A stretch of 32,000 nucleotides of DNA from an uncultured Erysipelotrichaceae bacterium (GCA_942492995.1 OW818653.1:1650001-1682000); one strand, 5' to 3'; numbered from the stretch's first letter, positions 9,002 to 18,129 are shown. The notes: a model not told the origin generated them from the letters alone. Program-made: numbers and translations.

Positions 9002-9535
9002 ATGAGAAATAGCAAATTTTTAGTACTCTTTTCGATTTTATTGATTATGATTCTTATTCAAAATATATATTTTAACAAGAAATTTGATCAAATAGATTCG
9101 TCTTTGAATAAAGTAATGTTTGAAATTAGTAACCAAAAACAACAACTTATAGAAGATTACTATTTTAATAGAAAAATGTTTCTTAATGTTCTTAATTATA
9201 ATAAAAACGAAGATTATAAAGTGAATTTATTTGGAAGAACTGTTTATGTGAGACTCAGTAGCAGATTACCTCGCGATATGTACTTAGTTGAGAACTCACT
9301 TAATAATAGTGTTGGAATATATTACATTGATGATAATTCTAGTATCTCATTAAGAAGTTATACATTAGAAATGGTTTCAAATAAATTAACTTTTATTAAA
9401 TCTAAAGATTTCGTTATTAGCACAGAGTTTACATCGAAAGACATAGTTAATATTAGGGATATAAAAAGAATTGAATTAGAAAAGCGGAGAATTGAATTTT
9501 CATTAAGTTTAGAACCAAACAACATAGTTGATTAA
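9002..9535 (+). CDS. Membrane-anchored protein of unknown function (paralog B)
   Basis: 177 aa with an N-terminal TM helix (FLVLFSILLIMILI). It begins 2 nt after paralog A ends and shares the NLFGRTVYVRLSSRLP...VGIYYIDD block with A. Confidence 0.5.
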   Translation: MRNSKFLVLFSILLIMILIQNIYFNKKFDQIDSSLNKVMFEISNQKQQLIEDYYFNRKMFLNVLNYNKNEDYKVNLFGRTVYVRLSSRLPRDMYLVENSLNNSVGIYYIDDNSSISLRSYTLEMVSNKLTFIKSKDFVISTEFTSKDIVNIRDIKRIELEKRRIEFSLSLEPNNIVD

Positions 9536-9574
9536 AATATTCTAATTTATTATAAATATATAAGATTTAATAAT

Positions 9575-9593
9575 GACGCAATGCGTCTTTTTT
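9575..9593 (+). terminator. Rho-independent terminator after paralog B
   Basis: GACGC-aat-GCGTC hairpin followed by TTTTTT. Confidence 0.6.
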
Positions 9594-9602
9594 AATTTAT
9601 GC

Positions 9603-9633
9603 TTGACCTAAAGTTAACTTTAGGTTATATGAT
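9603..9633 (+). promoter_or_regulatory. MerR-type promoter/operator (site 1)
   Basis: TTGACC, a 19-nt spacer, then TATGAT. The spacer carries the perfect 20-bp palindrome ACCTAAAGTTAACTTTAGGT (9606-9625). A 19-bp spacer with a dyad is the classic MerR-family architecture. Confidence 0.6.
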
Positions 9634-9664
9634 ACGATTATATAAAAGAGAAAAGGAGATTCAC

Positions 9665-10051
9665 ATGACATACTCAATTGGTGAGGTTTCAAAAAAGACA
9701 GGTTTAACAGTCCCGACCTTACGATTTTATGATAAAGAAGGATTGATCCCAAACATCAATCGTAAAGAGAATGGACTACGTAATTTTACTGAGAGTGATT
9801 TGGGTACGATTAATATCGTCACATGCATAAAAGGAGCAGGTGCTTCTTTAAAAGAAATCAAACATTATATGGATTTATGCCAAATGGGAGATTCGACATT
9901 AGAGGATCGTAAACAATTCTTCATGGATAAGAAGAAAGACATTGAAGAACAGATGAACAAGCTTAATGAGATACTAGCGACTATCGAACACAAGATTCAT
10001 TACTATGAAACTGCGTTAGAAGCTGGTACAGAAAAGATTCATAAGAAATAA
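9665..10051 (+). CDS. MerR-family transcriptional regulator (AdhR/NmlR-like)
   Basis: MTYSIGEVSKKTGLTVPTLRFYDKEGLI is a MerR HTH. A C-terminal coiled-coil dimerisation helix is present, as is Cys54 in the IVTCIKGAG context. An AAGGAG RBS precedes ATG 9665; the track ORF is extended to 9599. Confidence 0.8.
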   Translation: MTYSIGEVSKKTGLTVPTLRFYDKEGLIPNINRKENGLRNFTESDLGTINIVTCIKGAGASLKEIKHYMDLCQMGDSTLEDRKQFFMDKKKDIEEQMNKLNEILATIEHKIHYYETALEAGTEKIHKK

Positions 10052-10063
10052 AGTGAGATAGAA

Positions 10064-10900
10064 ATGACAACATTATGTAAAAAAGAGTTCACAGGTGAAA
10101 GAGCTCTATTCAAGTCGAATGGCTTAAATATAAAACATTCAGTATTCTTTGATGGAGAATCTCCATTAAAAGAAAGTGAAAATTTAGAGATTGCGCAATC
10201 AACGTTTGAATGGAAATATCCATTATGGTACACAACCAATGTAAAGCTAAGTGAAAGTACGTTAAGTGAAACAGCACGTTCAGGCATTTGGTATACAAAC
10301 GATATTGAAATAAGTAATACCCAGATAAGTGCGCCAAAAACGTTTAGACGGTCAAATCGGATTAAATTAACCAATGTGTCCTTACCCAATGCGACAGAAA
10401 CATTCTGGTCATGTCGTGACATTGTACTAAATCAAGTCTCTGCTAAAGGAGATTATTTTGGGATGAATAGTGAGAACATTGAGATCAATCAATTGGATTT
10501 AGAAGGTAACTATTCATTTGATGGAGTTAAGAATATCGTAGTTAGAGATTCTAGATTAATCTCTAAAGATGCGTTCTGGAATAGTGAGAATGTAGTAGTT
10601 TATAATTCGATTATTTCAGGGGAGTATTTAGGTTGGAACTCAAAGAATCTAACATTTATTAACTGTACAATTGAGAGTCTTCAAGGTTTATGTTATATCG
10701 AAAATTTAGTTATGATTGATTGTTCATTTGTGAATACGACATTAGCGTTCGAATATTCTACAGTAGATATTACAAGTAAAACAACCATTGATAGTATTTT
10801 CAATCCAACTAGCGGGAAGATAAAAGCTCCAGCGATTGGAAGTATTGTGTTAGATGATACAAAGATTGATCCAAGGAAAACTACAATCACACTGGAGTAA
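10064..10900 (+). CDS. Beta-helix repeat protein, DUF3737-like
   Basis: 278 aa with repetitive N/S-rich strands (NVSL, NQVSA, VVRDSRL, VVVYNSII, LTFINCTI) that suggest a right-handed beta-helix. The N-terminus FTGERALF...GESPLKES resembles DUF3737 as I recall it. Confidence 0.45.
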   Translation: MTTLCKKEFTGERALFKSNGLNIKHSVFFDGESPLKESENLEIAQSTFEWKYPLWYTTNVKLSESTLSETARSGIWYTNDIEISNTQISAPKTFRRSNRIKLTNVSLPNATETFWSCRDIVLNQVSAKGDYFGMNSENIEINQLDLEGNYSFDGVKNIVVRDSRLISKDAFWNSENVVVYNSIISGEYLGWNSKNLTFINCTIESLQGLCYIENLVMIDCSFVNTTLAFEYSTVDITSKTTIDSIFNPTSGKIKAPAIGSIVLDDTKIDPRKTTITLE

Positions 10901-10902
10901 TT

Positions 10903-12090
10903 ATGAAATATGACTTTACGAAATTAACGAATAGACGAAATACGAATTCCTATAAATGGGATGTAAAAGAAGATATTCTACCAATGTGGGTAGCGGATAT
11001 GGATTTTGAGACGGCACCTGAAATTATTGAGGCGATACAAGCTAAAGTTAGTAAAGGGATATTAGGTTATACCTATGTACCGGATGAATGGTATCTTTCA
11101 TATCAATCATGGTGGGAAAGAAGACATAACTATTCACTTCAAAAAGACGCGTTGATATTCGCAACAGGGGTAGTTCCGATTATTAGTAGTACTGTGCGTA
11201 AGTTTACAACTAAGGGAGATAAAGTAGTAATACAATCACCTGTTTATAATATTTTCTATAACTCGATATTGAATAATGGATGTGAAGTATTGGAAAATAC
11301 ATTAGTTTATAAAGATGGCACTTATGAAATGAATTTTAAAGATTTAGAGACTAAACTATCCGATTCGCAAACAAAGTTGATGATACTATGTAATCCGCAT
11401 AACCCCGTTGGAAAGATATGGGATAGAGATATGCTTAAAAGAGTAGGCGATTTATGTTTTAAACATAATGTGATTGTCGTATCAGATGAAATTCATTGTG
11501 ATATTACGAAACCAAATACGCATTACATTCCTTTTGCGTCAGTATCGCATAACTGTGAAAATAACAGTATTACTTGTATTGCGCCAACCAAGACATTCAA
11601 TATTGCAGGAGTACATAGTGCCGCAGCGTATGCGGTGAATCCAGATATCTATAAAAAACTAAACCGTGCGCTTAACACCGATGAAGTTGCGGAACCCAAT
11701 GCGATTGGGATAGAGGCTACTATTGCGGCATTCAATCAAGGTGAAGCGTGGTTGGAAGAATTGAGAACCGTTGTATTTTCACATCGTACACTTTCAAAAG
11801 AATTTATTAATAAACATATTCCAGAGTTGAAAGTTATAGATGCGGATGCGACATATTTACTTTGGATTGACTGTTCAGAGTTATCGCAAGATACAGAAGA
11901 ACTATGTAAGTACCTGGAGAAAGAAGTTGGTTTAAAGGTAGTATCAGGAAGAGAATATGGAGATGGTGGAAAAGCGTTTATTCGTATGAATATCGCATGT
12001 CCAATCGATCGATTAATGGATGGATTAGAGCGATTAAGTAAAGGAATTAAACTGTATAAGGAAGTGTTTCGAGTTGAAGAAATTATCTAA
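10903..12090 (+). CDS. PLP-dependent C-S lyase/aminotransferase (PatB/MalY family)
   Basis: 395 aa. The N-terminus reads KYDFTKLTNRRNTNSYKWD, and VSDEIHCD, APTKTFNIAG (PLP Lys region) and FIRMNIACP are present. Confidence 0.8.
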   Translation: MKYDFTKLTNRRNTNSYKWDVKEDILPMWVADMDFETAPEIIEAIQAKVSKGILGYTYVPDEWYLSYQSWWERRHNYSLQKDALIFATGVVPIISSTVRKFTTKGDKVVIQSPVYNIFYNSILNNGCEVLENTLVYKDGTYEMNFKDLETKLSDSQTKLMILCNPHNPVGKIWDRDMLKRVGDLCFKHNVIVVSDEIHCDITKPNTHYIPFASVSHNCENNSITCIAPTKTFNIAGVHSAAAYAVNPDIYKKLNRALNTDEVAEPNAIGIEATIAAFNQGEAWLEELRTVVFSHRTLSKEFINKHIPELKVIDADATYLLWIDCSELSQDTEELCKYLEKEVGLKVVSGREYGDGGKAFIRMNIACPIDRLMDGLERLSKGIKLYKEVFRVEEII

Positions 12091-12547
12091 AATAATTTAT
12101 GTACTATTTCTACTTACATTAATTGGATGTACGATAGAAGATAATAGTAACGATAGTGACATAGAAAAGGAGGTTGAAGTTGTGAACTCAACACGAATTA
12201 AAATGTCTTTTAGAGGGTATACTATCATAATTAATATGTTAGACAATCCCATTTCAACTGATTTCTTAAAGCTATTACCAATTGAACTAAACTTCGAAGA
12301 TTATAATAGTACAGAGAAAGTAACGAATTTACCAAGTAAATTATCTAATGAAAACGCTCCGAGCGGAATGACTCCTCAAGTTGGTGATTTCGCGTATTAT
12401 GCGCCTTGGGGTAACTTAGCAATCTATTACAAAGAATTTTCATACTCATCTGGTTTAGTTCTATTAGGACGAATTGAAGAAGGGTTAGAGAATTTGGAAT
12501 TAATAGAGAATAATGAATTAGTAAAAATTGAAGTGATTGTGGATTAA
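12074..12547 (+). CDS. Lipoprotein with a cyclophilin-like fold domain (unknown function)
   Basis: TTG start. Signal peptide with lipobox LTLIGC. The C-terminal block GDFAYYAPWGNLAIYYK...GLVLLGRI is typical of cyclophilin-like-2 domain proteins as I recall them. Confidence 0.5.
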   Translation: MKKLSKIIYVLFLLTLIGCTIEDNSNDSDIEKEVEVVNSTRIKMSFRGYTIIINMLDNPISTDFLKLLPIELNFEDYNSTEKVTNLPSKLSNENAPSGMTPQVGDFAYYAPWGNLAIYYKEFSYSSGLVLLGRIEEGLENLELIENNELVKIEVIVD

Positions 12548-12553
12548 TCACAT

Positions 12554-12584
12554 AAAAAAATGGAACGATAAATTCCATTTTTTT
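12554..12584. terminator. Bidirectional Rho-independent terminator
   Basis: AAAAAAATGGAA-cgataaa-TTCCATTTTTTT lies between convergent genes. Confidence 0.7.
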
Positions 12585-12596
12585 GATTAAGTATAA

Positions 12597-13742
12597 TTAC
12601 TTACTTCTGATAGAGAACATTTGTACAAGAAGACTAAACGATATGGTAATAAGTGTAATAAATACGAGTTGAGATAAACCAAACTGTGTAATAATGATTG
12701 CCGCAATACTTGTCCCAATCGCAGATGAGAATTGGATACTCGAACCATTCAAACTAATGATAAAGTTCGCATCGTGACTGGTTTCTTGCATAACTCCAAG
12801 ATTCAACTGTAGACCTGTCATCCACGCAAACATAACCCATAGAACGATGGAAAGAATATTTAACCAGATCCAAGGACGCGTTAATATTATAAGAATTACG
12901 CAGATTAGTTGTAAGATCGCCCCAATTAACATTGATTTCTTATAACCAAATTTATCAGATATAAATCCACCAATTTGATTTCCAGTAAATGCCGCAACCC
13001 CAATCGCTATAAGTAAGATACTCATCCAAGCTTCCACATTAGGGAAATGATAGATAATATAAGGCGTTACATAGGTATATAGAGCTGAATATCCAACAAA
13101 CATACTAAATGTATAGAGTAAAATGAAGAGTACCTTAGGATTCTTCAAGTGTACAAGTTCATGTAAGATATGTGAACCTTCAGTTTTCTTAGCGTACAAA
13201 GGTAAGTTAAATTGGAAATAGAGAATAGCGAATAGAATAATTGAATTAAGTAACCAGAAAATACTTCGCCAATCAAGGACAGCGTATAAGACTCGAGTTA
13301 ATGGAATACCTACCACAAGAGCTAACGCATTACCTGTTAATAGGAATGCGAGTGCACGACCTTGTTTATCTGGGTCTGACATCGCAATTACGGTCGACAT
13401 TGCCAATACACCATAGCCATTTGCGACAACTCCCATGAGTGTTCTAAAGATTAATAGGATAATAAAGTTTGGCGCATAGATTAATCCAATAATACTAATA
13501 AACGTTAAGGATAATAATCCAATAATCATATGTTTACGATTTACATTGAAAAATAGAATCAAAATTAGCGGAACTCCAATCGCAGCCCCAAACGCATAAG
13601 CAGAATTTAATAAGCCACTTAATGCGACGGTCACATTTAAATCAACAGCGACTTTATCAAGGATGCCATTGAATAACGATGCGGTCATCATGATCACAAA
13701 GTTCATTAGAGTAAATACATATAGAGTTAGTTTATTCTTCAT
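12597..13742 (-). CDS. MFS transporter (12-TM, efflux-type)
   Basis: 381-aa polytopic protein with an MFS loop 2-3 type motif (FNVNRKHMII). A GAGGT RBS lies 6 nt upstream. Confidence 0.75.
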   Translation of the reverse strand: MKNKLTLYVFTLMNFVIMMTASLFNGILDKVAVDLNVTVALSGLLNSAYAFGAAIGVPLILILFFNVNRKHMIIGLLSLTFISIIGLIYAPNFIILLIFRTLMGVVANGYGVLAMSTVIAMSDPDKQGRALAFLLTGNALALVVGIPLTRVLYAVLDWRSIFWLLNSIILFAILYFQFNLPLYAKKTEGSHILHELVHLKNPKVLFILLYTFSMFVGYSALYTYVTPYIIYHFPNVEAWMSILLIAIGVAAFTGNQIGGFISDKFGYKKSMLIGAILQLICVILIILTRPWIWLNILSIVLWVMFAWMTGLQLNLGVMQETSHDANFIISLNGSSIQFSSAIGTSIAAIIITQFGLSQLVFITLITISFSLLVQMFSIRSK

Positions 13743-13818
13743 TGAAGTACCTCGATATTAAATTCTATGTGCTAAAGTACACTTTATGTCAAGTTATAAA
13801 TAAATTTCGAATAATCTA

Positions 13819-13849
13819 TTGACCTAAAGTTAGCTTTAGGGTATAGGAT
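13819..13849 (+). promoter_or_regulatory. MerR-type promoter/operator (site 2)
   Basis: TTGACCTAAAGTTAGCTTTAGGGTATAGGAT is 28/31 identical to site 1 and has the same CCTAAAG-N4-CTTTAGG dyad inside a 19-bp spacer. It lies upstream of the Fe-ADH gene and is divergent from the MFS gene. Confidence 0.55.
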
Positions 13850-13884
13850 GATAATGTACAAAGTACATGATAAAAGGAGAGATT

Positions 13885-15051
13885 ATGCAAGGAAATTTCA
13901 GTTATGTAAATCCAACCAAATTATATTTTGGGGAAGATTCGATTAATTACTTAAATCAAGAATTACCAAACTATGGAAAGAATGTATTATTCATCTATGG
14001 AGGTTCTTCCATAAAGAAGAATGGAATTTACGATGAAGTAATTAAATTACTTCAATCCAATGGGAAGACAATTGTGGAAGATCCAGGTGTTATGCCTAAT
14101 CCAACGGTTGATAAATTAAATGAAGGTGTACGTATAGCACGTGAACATAACGTTGACTTCATCTTAGCAGTTGGTGGAGGATCAGTTGTGGATTATTCTA
14201 AAGCAGTTTCTGTATCCATTCACTGTAATGATGACCCTTGGGCTAAATACTTCGATCGTTTTGAAGATGTGGATAATGAGATTGTGCCAATGGGATGTAT
14301 TCTAACCATGGTTGGGACAGGGTCTGAAATGAATGGTGGATCTGTTATTACCAATCATGCGACTAAAGAGAAAAATGGCCATGTGTTTAATGAAAATGTA
14401 TTCCCTAAGTTTGCGATATTAAATCCTGTGTTTACCTATTCAGTTCCACGTTACCAAATGGTGGCAGGGTTCTTCGATGTAATGTCACACATTCTTGAAC
14501 AATACTTCTCTGGGAATGATGATAATACGTCTGATTATATTGCGGAAGGCTTATTGAAATCATTGATCACAAGCTCACGTGTTGCGATTAAAGATCCAAT
14601 GAATTATGAAGCACGCTCGAATATTATGTGGACTGCCACTTGGGCATTAAATACTTTGATTCACAAAGGTAAACCTGGGGATTGGATGGTTCATATGATT
14701 GGCCAAGCGATTGGAGCGTATACAGATGCGACCCATGGGATGACACTTGCGGCTGTTTCATTGCCGTACTATCGTGCCATTATGACGGATGGTTTAGCGA
14801 AGTTTAAACGTTATGCGATTAATGTATGGAATGTAAATCCAGAAAATAAGACAGATGAAGAAATCGCGAATGAAGGATTATTCTGTATGGAGAACTTCAT
14901 GCGTGAGATTGGATTAGTGATGAATATAAAAGAGTTAGGCGCAACGGATGAGATGTTAGAGGATATTGCGAGCAAGGCATTTATTCTTAAGGGTGGATAT
15001 AAAGTATTAAGTCATCCTGAGATTGTACAAATCTTAAAAGCAAGTATGTAA
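13885..15051 (+). CDS. Iron-containing (group III) alcohol dehydrogenase, YqhD/BdhA-like
   Basis: GGGS(V)VD NAD(P)-binding motif (AVGGGSVVDYSKA), metal-binding His residues (HILEQY, HGMTLA), and N-terminal FSYVNPTKLYFGE. An AAAGGAGAG RBS precedes ATG 13885. Confidence 0.85.
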   Translation: MQGNFSYVNPTKLYFGEDSINYLNQELPNYGKNVLFIYGGSSIKKNGIYDEVIKLLQSNGKTIVEDPGVMPNPTVDKLNEGVRIAREHNVDFILAVGGGSVVDYSKAVSVSIHCNDDPWAKYFDRFEDVDNEIVPMGCILTMVGTGSEMNGGSVITNHATKEKNGHVFNENVFPKFAILNPVFTYSVPRYQMVAGFFDVMSHILEQYFSGNDDNTSDYIAEGLLKSLITSSRVAIKDPMNYEARSNIMWTATWALNTLIHKGKPGDWMVHMIGQAIGAYTDATHGMTLAAVSLPYYRAIMTDGLAKFKRYAINVWNVNPENKTDEEIANEGLFCMENFMREIGLVMNIKELGATDEMLEDIASKAFILKGGYKVLSHPEIVQILKASM

Positions 15052-15061
15052 ATTACCAAAC

Positions 15062-15086
15062 AAAAAGACGATTATTCGTCTTTTTT
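15062..15086. terminator. Bidirectional Rho-independent terminator
   Basis: AAAAAGACGA-ttat-TCGTCTTTTTT. It overlaps the last codons of the convergent hydrolase gene. Confidence 0.7.
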
Positions 15087-16238
15087 GTGTCTTATTGAGA
15101 CTCCTTTAAAGCTTATATCTAACATTTTAGTTTCTTTCCCTAATAAATGATGATCAAAGAAAGCTTTATGATAATCACATAAGATTGTGTGAACTAAGTT
15201 CATATCACGTTTACCAATAAGTTTTAAGTACTTTAATTGTTGGGCAAAGAAGATATGGTCAGTATAATCCATATGTTGAGTATCATCAATCTTAACAAGA
15301 TAACTCTCTTTGGAATTATTTAAATAAGGAGTACGAGATAACGTTTCAACGACATAACTACCTAAGATACATAATGGTTTATTAATGTCTTTATCCCAGT
15401 AATTACCATAGGTTGGGGCATCCATGTTTATTCCACATTTAAATCGTTCATCATCTAATAGAGTTTGCATAGCGGTACATCCGCCGTATGAGTGTCCTGT
15501 AATCCCAAATCCTAGGGATAGATCAAGTCGATTCTTAAATGGTGATGGGATTGTGCCATCGTGTAAATCAATTAATTTATTTGATACAAATCGAGTATCA
15601 TCTGACCATACTTTAACATCATTCCAAACATGACCAGATTTAAATTGATCAAAGAATGGTGTTATTTTTGATTGAATTGACGCATCATCGATTGTCTCTT
15701 TTAGTAAGTCAGAGAAGTGCTTACGAGCATCTTTGTTCATTGTTATCTTGAATTCATTCGCAAGGGAAGGATGTGCATGATTAATTTGACCATCCGTGTA
15801 TTTCAATGCGCCAGATTCATAAGGATGTCCGACTGATATTACGATATATCCATGACTTGCGAGTTCACTACATAGTGCAGTGTTTTGTTCAAGGTATCCA
15901 AAATAACCCATATTAAAGAATAGTATTGGAAATTTACTTATTTGATTGGTTAATGGAATATTATGGTAAGTACTCGTTTTCATATCTTTGACAGAATTAG
16001 AAACTAAATTCAAAACTGATTCTCGTAAGTATTTAATTGCCTCATCGCATGCATATGGATTAGTTTTTATTCCAACTACAGGTTCACCTGGATAGAAGAA
16101 GAGTGTTGGGATTAATCGTTTAGTACTTGTATCAAATTCAAAAATAGACGGTCTTGATTCATCAAGAAAATCGAAATTAAGTGTGCCTACCGTAAAAGGA
16201 CCTTTTGGGATTGGCAATTGTTTAACATTATGAAACAT
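15072..16238 (-). CDS. Alpha/beta hydrolase, PAF-acetylhydrolase-like/lipase family
   Basis: 388 aa with the nucleophile elbow GITGHSYGG. The overall pattern resembles the PAF-AH (PF03403-like) family as I recall it. Confidence 0.55.
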   Translation of the reverse strand: MFHNVKQLPIPKGPFTVGTLNFDFLDESRPSIFEFDTSTKRLIPTLFFYPGEPVVGIKTNPYACDEAIKYLRESVLNLVSNSVKDMKTSTYHNIPLTNQISKFPILFFNMGYFGYLEQNTALCSELASHGYIVISVGHPYESGALKYTDGQINHAHPSLANEFKITMNKDARKHFSDLLKETIDDASIQSKITPFFDQFKSGHVWNDVKVWSDDTRFVSNKLIDLHDGTIPSPFKNRLDLSLGFGITGHSYGGCTAMQTLLDDERFKCGINMDAPTYGNYWDKDINKPLCILGSYVVETLSRTPYLNNSKESYLVKIDDTQHMDYTDHIFFAQQLKYLKLIGKRDMNLVHTILCDYHKAFFDHHLLGKETKMLDISFKGVSIRHKKDE

Positions 16239-16380
16239 AGTGATTACCTCATTTGAATTATATCGATATTACGTTAGAGTTTATACATTATTTGATTTAG
16301 TTTTGGCATATTTAGTGTAATCATTTTATTAATCCTATTTATAACGATATAGTGATAAATAAAATGAATAATGAATCTAA

Positions 16381-16406
16381 AATAAAAGTCTAGAAATATC
16401 TAGACC
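16381..16406 (-). terminator. Rho-independent terminator of the minus-strand operon
   Basis: On the minus strand, a GTCTAGA-tatt-TCTAGAC hairpin is followed by TTTTATT, directly after the GrpB stop. Confidence 0.55.
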
Positions 16407-16407
16407 T

Positions 16408-16974
16408 TTATTTATGTGAATTGTTTTTCCAACGTTCTGCTTCATTTAATATGTTTGAAATTAGTGTGTGCTTTCCATTTGTATACGCAACGCGATCCAA
16501 TGGAAAGGTATTAGCTAAGTTCAGTTTTAATGTTTCATACGTATGAGCTTTACCTGGAAATTCATTTAAGTAATCTCTAAAATTAATGTAATTATTCCAT
16601 TCAATACTTTTATGTATCACGATATGGATGTGATGAGTCCGTATTTCTTGTGTAATATCACCCATCACAAATAAGAGCTGATTGGGGATATCTTGTTCTC
16701 TATACTGTAATGATTCTATTTCAAGTAGAGGAATTAGTTCTTTAACTTTGTCTAAATCATGTACGCCAACCACAAGATCAATGATTGGTTTAGCGTGTAT
16801 GTGTTTGATTGAGGTACTACCGATATGTTGAATATCAATGACAGTATCTTTGAACAAAGGATATAGTGTTTTTATCGTTTCTTGGGCAATGGTTTCCCAT
16901 TCTGTATTATGACGCTCTAACTGAACAACTCCTCGTTTTAATCCGATGATGTTTTTATTTTCCATTAATTTCAT
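16408..16974 (-). CDS. GrpB-family (UPF0157) nucleotidyltransferase-fold protein
   Basis: 188 aa with HIGSTS...AKPIIDL, HHIH and the NYINFRDYL block typical of GrpB. Confidence 0.7.
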   Translation of the reverse strand: MKLMENKNIIGLKRGVVQLERHNTEWETIAQETIKTLYPLFKDTVIDIQHIGSTSIKHIHAKPIIDLVVGVHDLDKVKELIPLLEIESLQYREQDIPNQLLFVMGDITQEIRTHHIHIVIHKSIEWNNYINFRDYLNEFPGKAHTYETLKLNLANTFPLDRVAYTNGKHTLISNILNEAERWKNNSHK

Positions 16975-17902
16975 TCGTTATTTGTATAACAATCTTTCCT
17001 TTTGAATGACCTTTTTGGAACGTATTAAATACACTAATACCATCACTGAATGGGACAACACGTTCGATAACAGGTTTGATTTTCTTTTGACTAACAAGGT
17101 GAATGATTGCTTCTAAATCATTTCGATTTGATTTAGAATTCAATATCTTAAACGTATTATTACCCAGGGAATATATTGGGCATAGTATAAGATTCTTAAT
17201 AAACTGTTTGATTGGTCCACCGACCATGACATAAGTACCATTTGGTTTTAATAATCGTTTATACAGAGATAATGGATATGCTCCATTTACCGCAATAATT
17301 AAATCAAATGTTTCTTTGAGTTGGTGTAAATCATCTTTCTTATAATTAATAACACTGTCCGCCCCAAGATCACGAGCCATATCGACATTATGCGTACTAC
17401 AAACCGCAGTCACATGAGCTTTGAAATTTTTCGCAAGTTGGATTACAAATGTTCCTACTCCGCCACTAGCCCCAACAATTAATACTTTATCGTTTTCTTT
17501 AACAGGTTTAAATAAAGTAAGAGCTTGAAGCGCAGTAGTCGATGCGACAGGACAACTTGACGCATCAATGAGTGATAATGTGTCTGGAACTTTTACTAGA
17601 TTACTTGCTTGAGCAACCGCATATTCCGCTAATCCACCAAATCCTGCATTGGATGTATCTACGACAACACGTTCCCCAATCGAAATTGAATGGACAGCTT
17701 GACCCAACTCTTCCACAATTCCAGCAATCGAATTGCCTAATATACCTGATTTTGGTAATCCAGAATTTAATTGAACTAAACGATAATCCCCCGCATTAAG
17801 AGATGTCGCCACAACCTTAATCAACACCTCATTTGGTAAAGGGATTGGTTTACTTACATCACTAAACATAAATGACTTATCTTTGTAGATTAGAGCTTTC
17901 AT
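16955..17902 (-). CDS. NAD(P)H-dependent medium-chain dehydrogenase/quinone oxidoreductase family protein
   Basis: 315 aa with the Rossmann motif VLIVGASGGVGTFVIQLAK and an N-terminal GroES-like domain (EVLIKVVATSLNAGD). Confidence 0.8.
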   Translation of the reverse strand: MKALIYKDKSFMFSDVSKPIPLPNEVLIKVVATSLNAGDYRLVQLNSGLPKSGILGNSIAGIVEELGQAVHSISIGERVVVDTSNAGFGGLAEYAVAQASNLVKVPDTLSLIDASSCPVASTTALQALTLFKPVKENDKVLIVGASGGVGTFVIQLAKNFKAHVTAVCSTHNVDMARDLGADSVINYKKDDLHQLKETFDLIIAVNGAYPLSLYKRLLKPNGTYVMVGGPIKQFIKNLILCPIYSLGNNTFKILNSKSNRNDLEAIIHLVSQKKIKPVIERVVPFSDGISVFNTFQKGHSKGKIVIQITNEINGK

Positions 17903-18129
17903 TTTGAATCATCCTTAACTTCATAATTGAATACTTTCGTGAGAGGGACATTAAACGCATCCGCTATGCGAAAAGCTAGTTCTAAAGTAGGTGAGTACTT
18001 ACCTGCTTCAATAGCCATAATAGTTTGACGTGAAACACCTGCCTTTTCCGCCAAGTCTTGTTGGGTCATTTCATTCGCAAAGAATCGAAGGGTACGTACT
18101 TGATTGGTGATGTTAAATTTTTTAGCCAT
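17899..18129 (-). CDS. Small XRE-family HTH transcriptional regulator
   Basis: MAKKFNITNQVRTLRFFANEMTQQDLAEKAGVSRQTIMAIEAGKYSPTLELAFRIA is a Cro/C1 HTH. An AAGGTG RBS lies 6 nt before ATG 18129. The stop overlaps the next ATG (ATGA). Confidence 0.8.
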   Translation of the reverse strand: MAKKFNITNQVRTLRFFANEMTQQDLAEKAGVSRQTIMAIEAGKYSPTLELAFRIADAFNVPLTKVFNYEVKDDSK

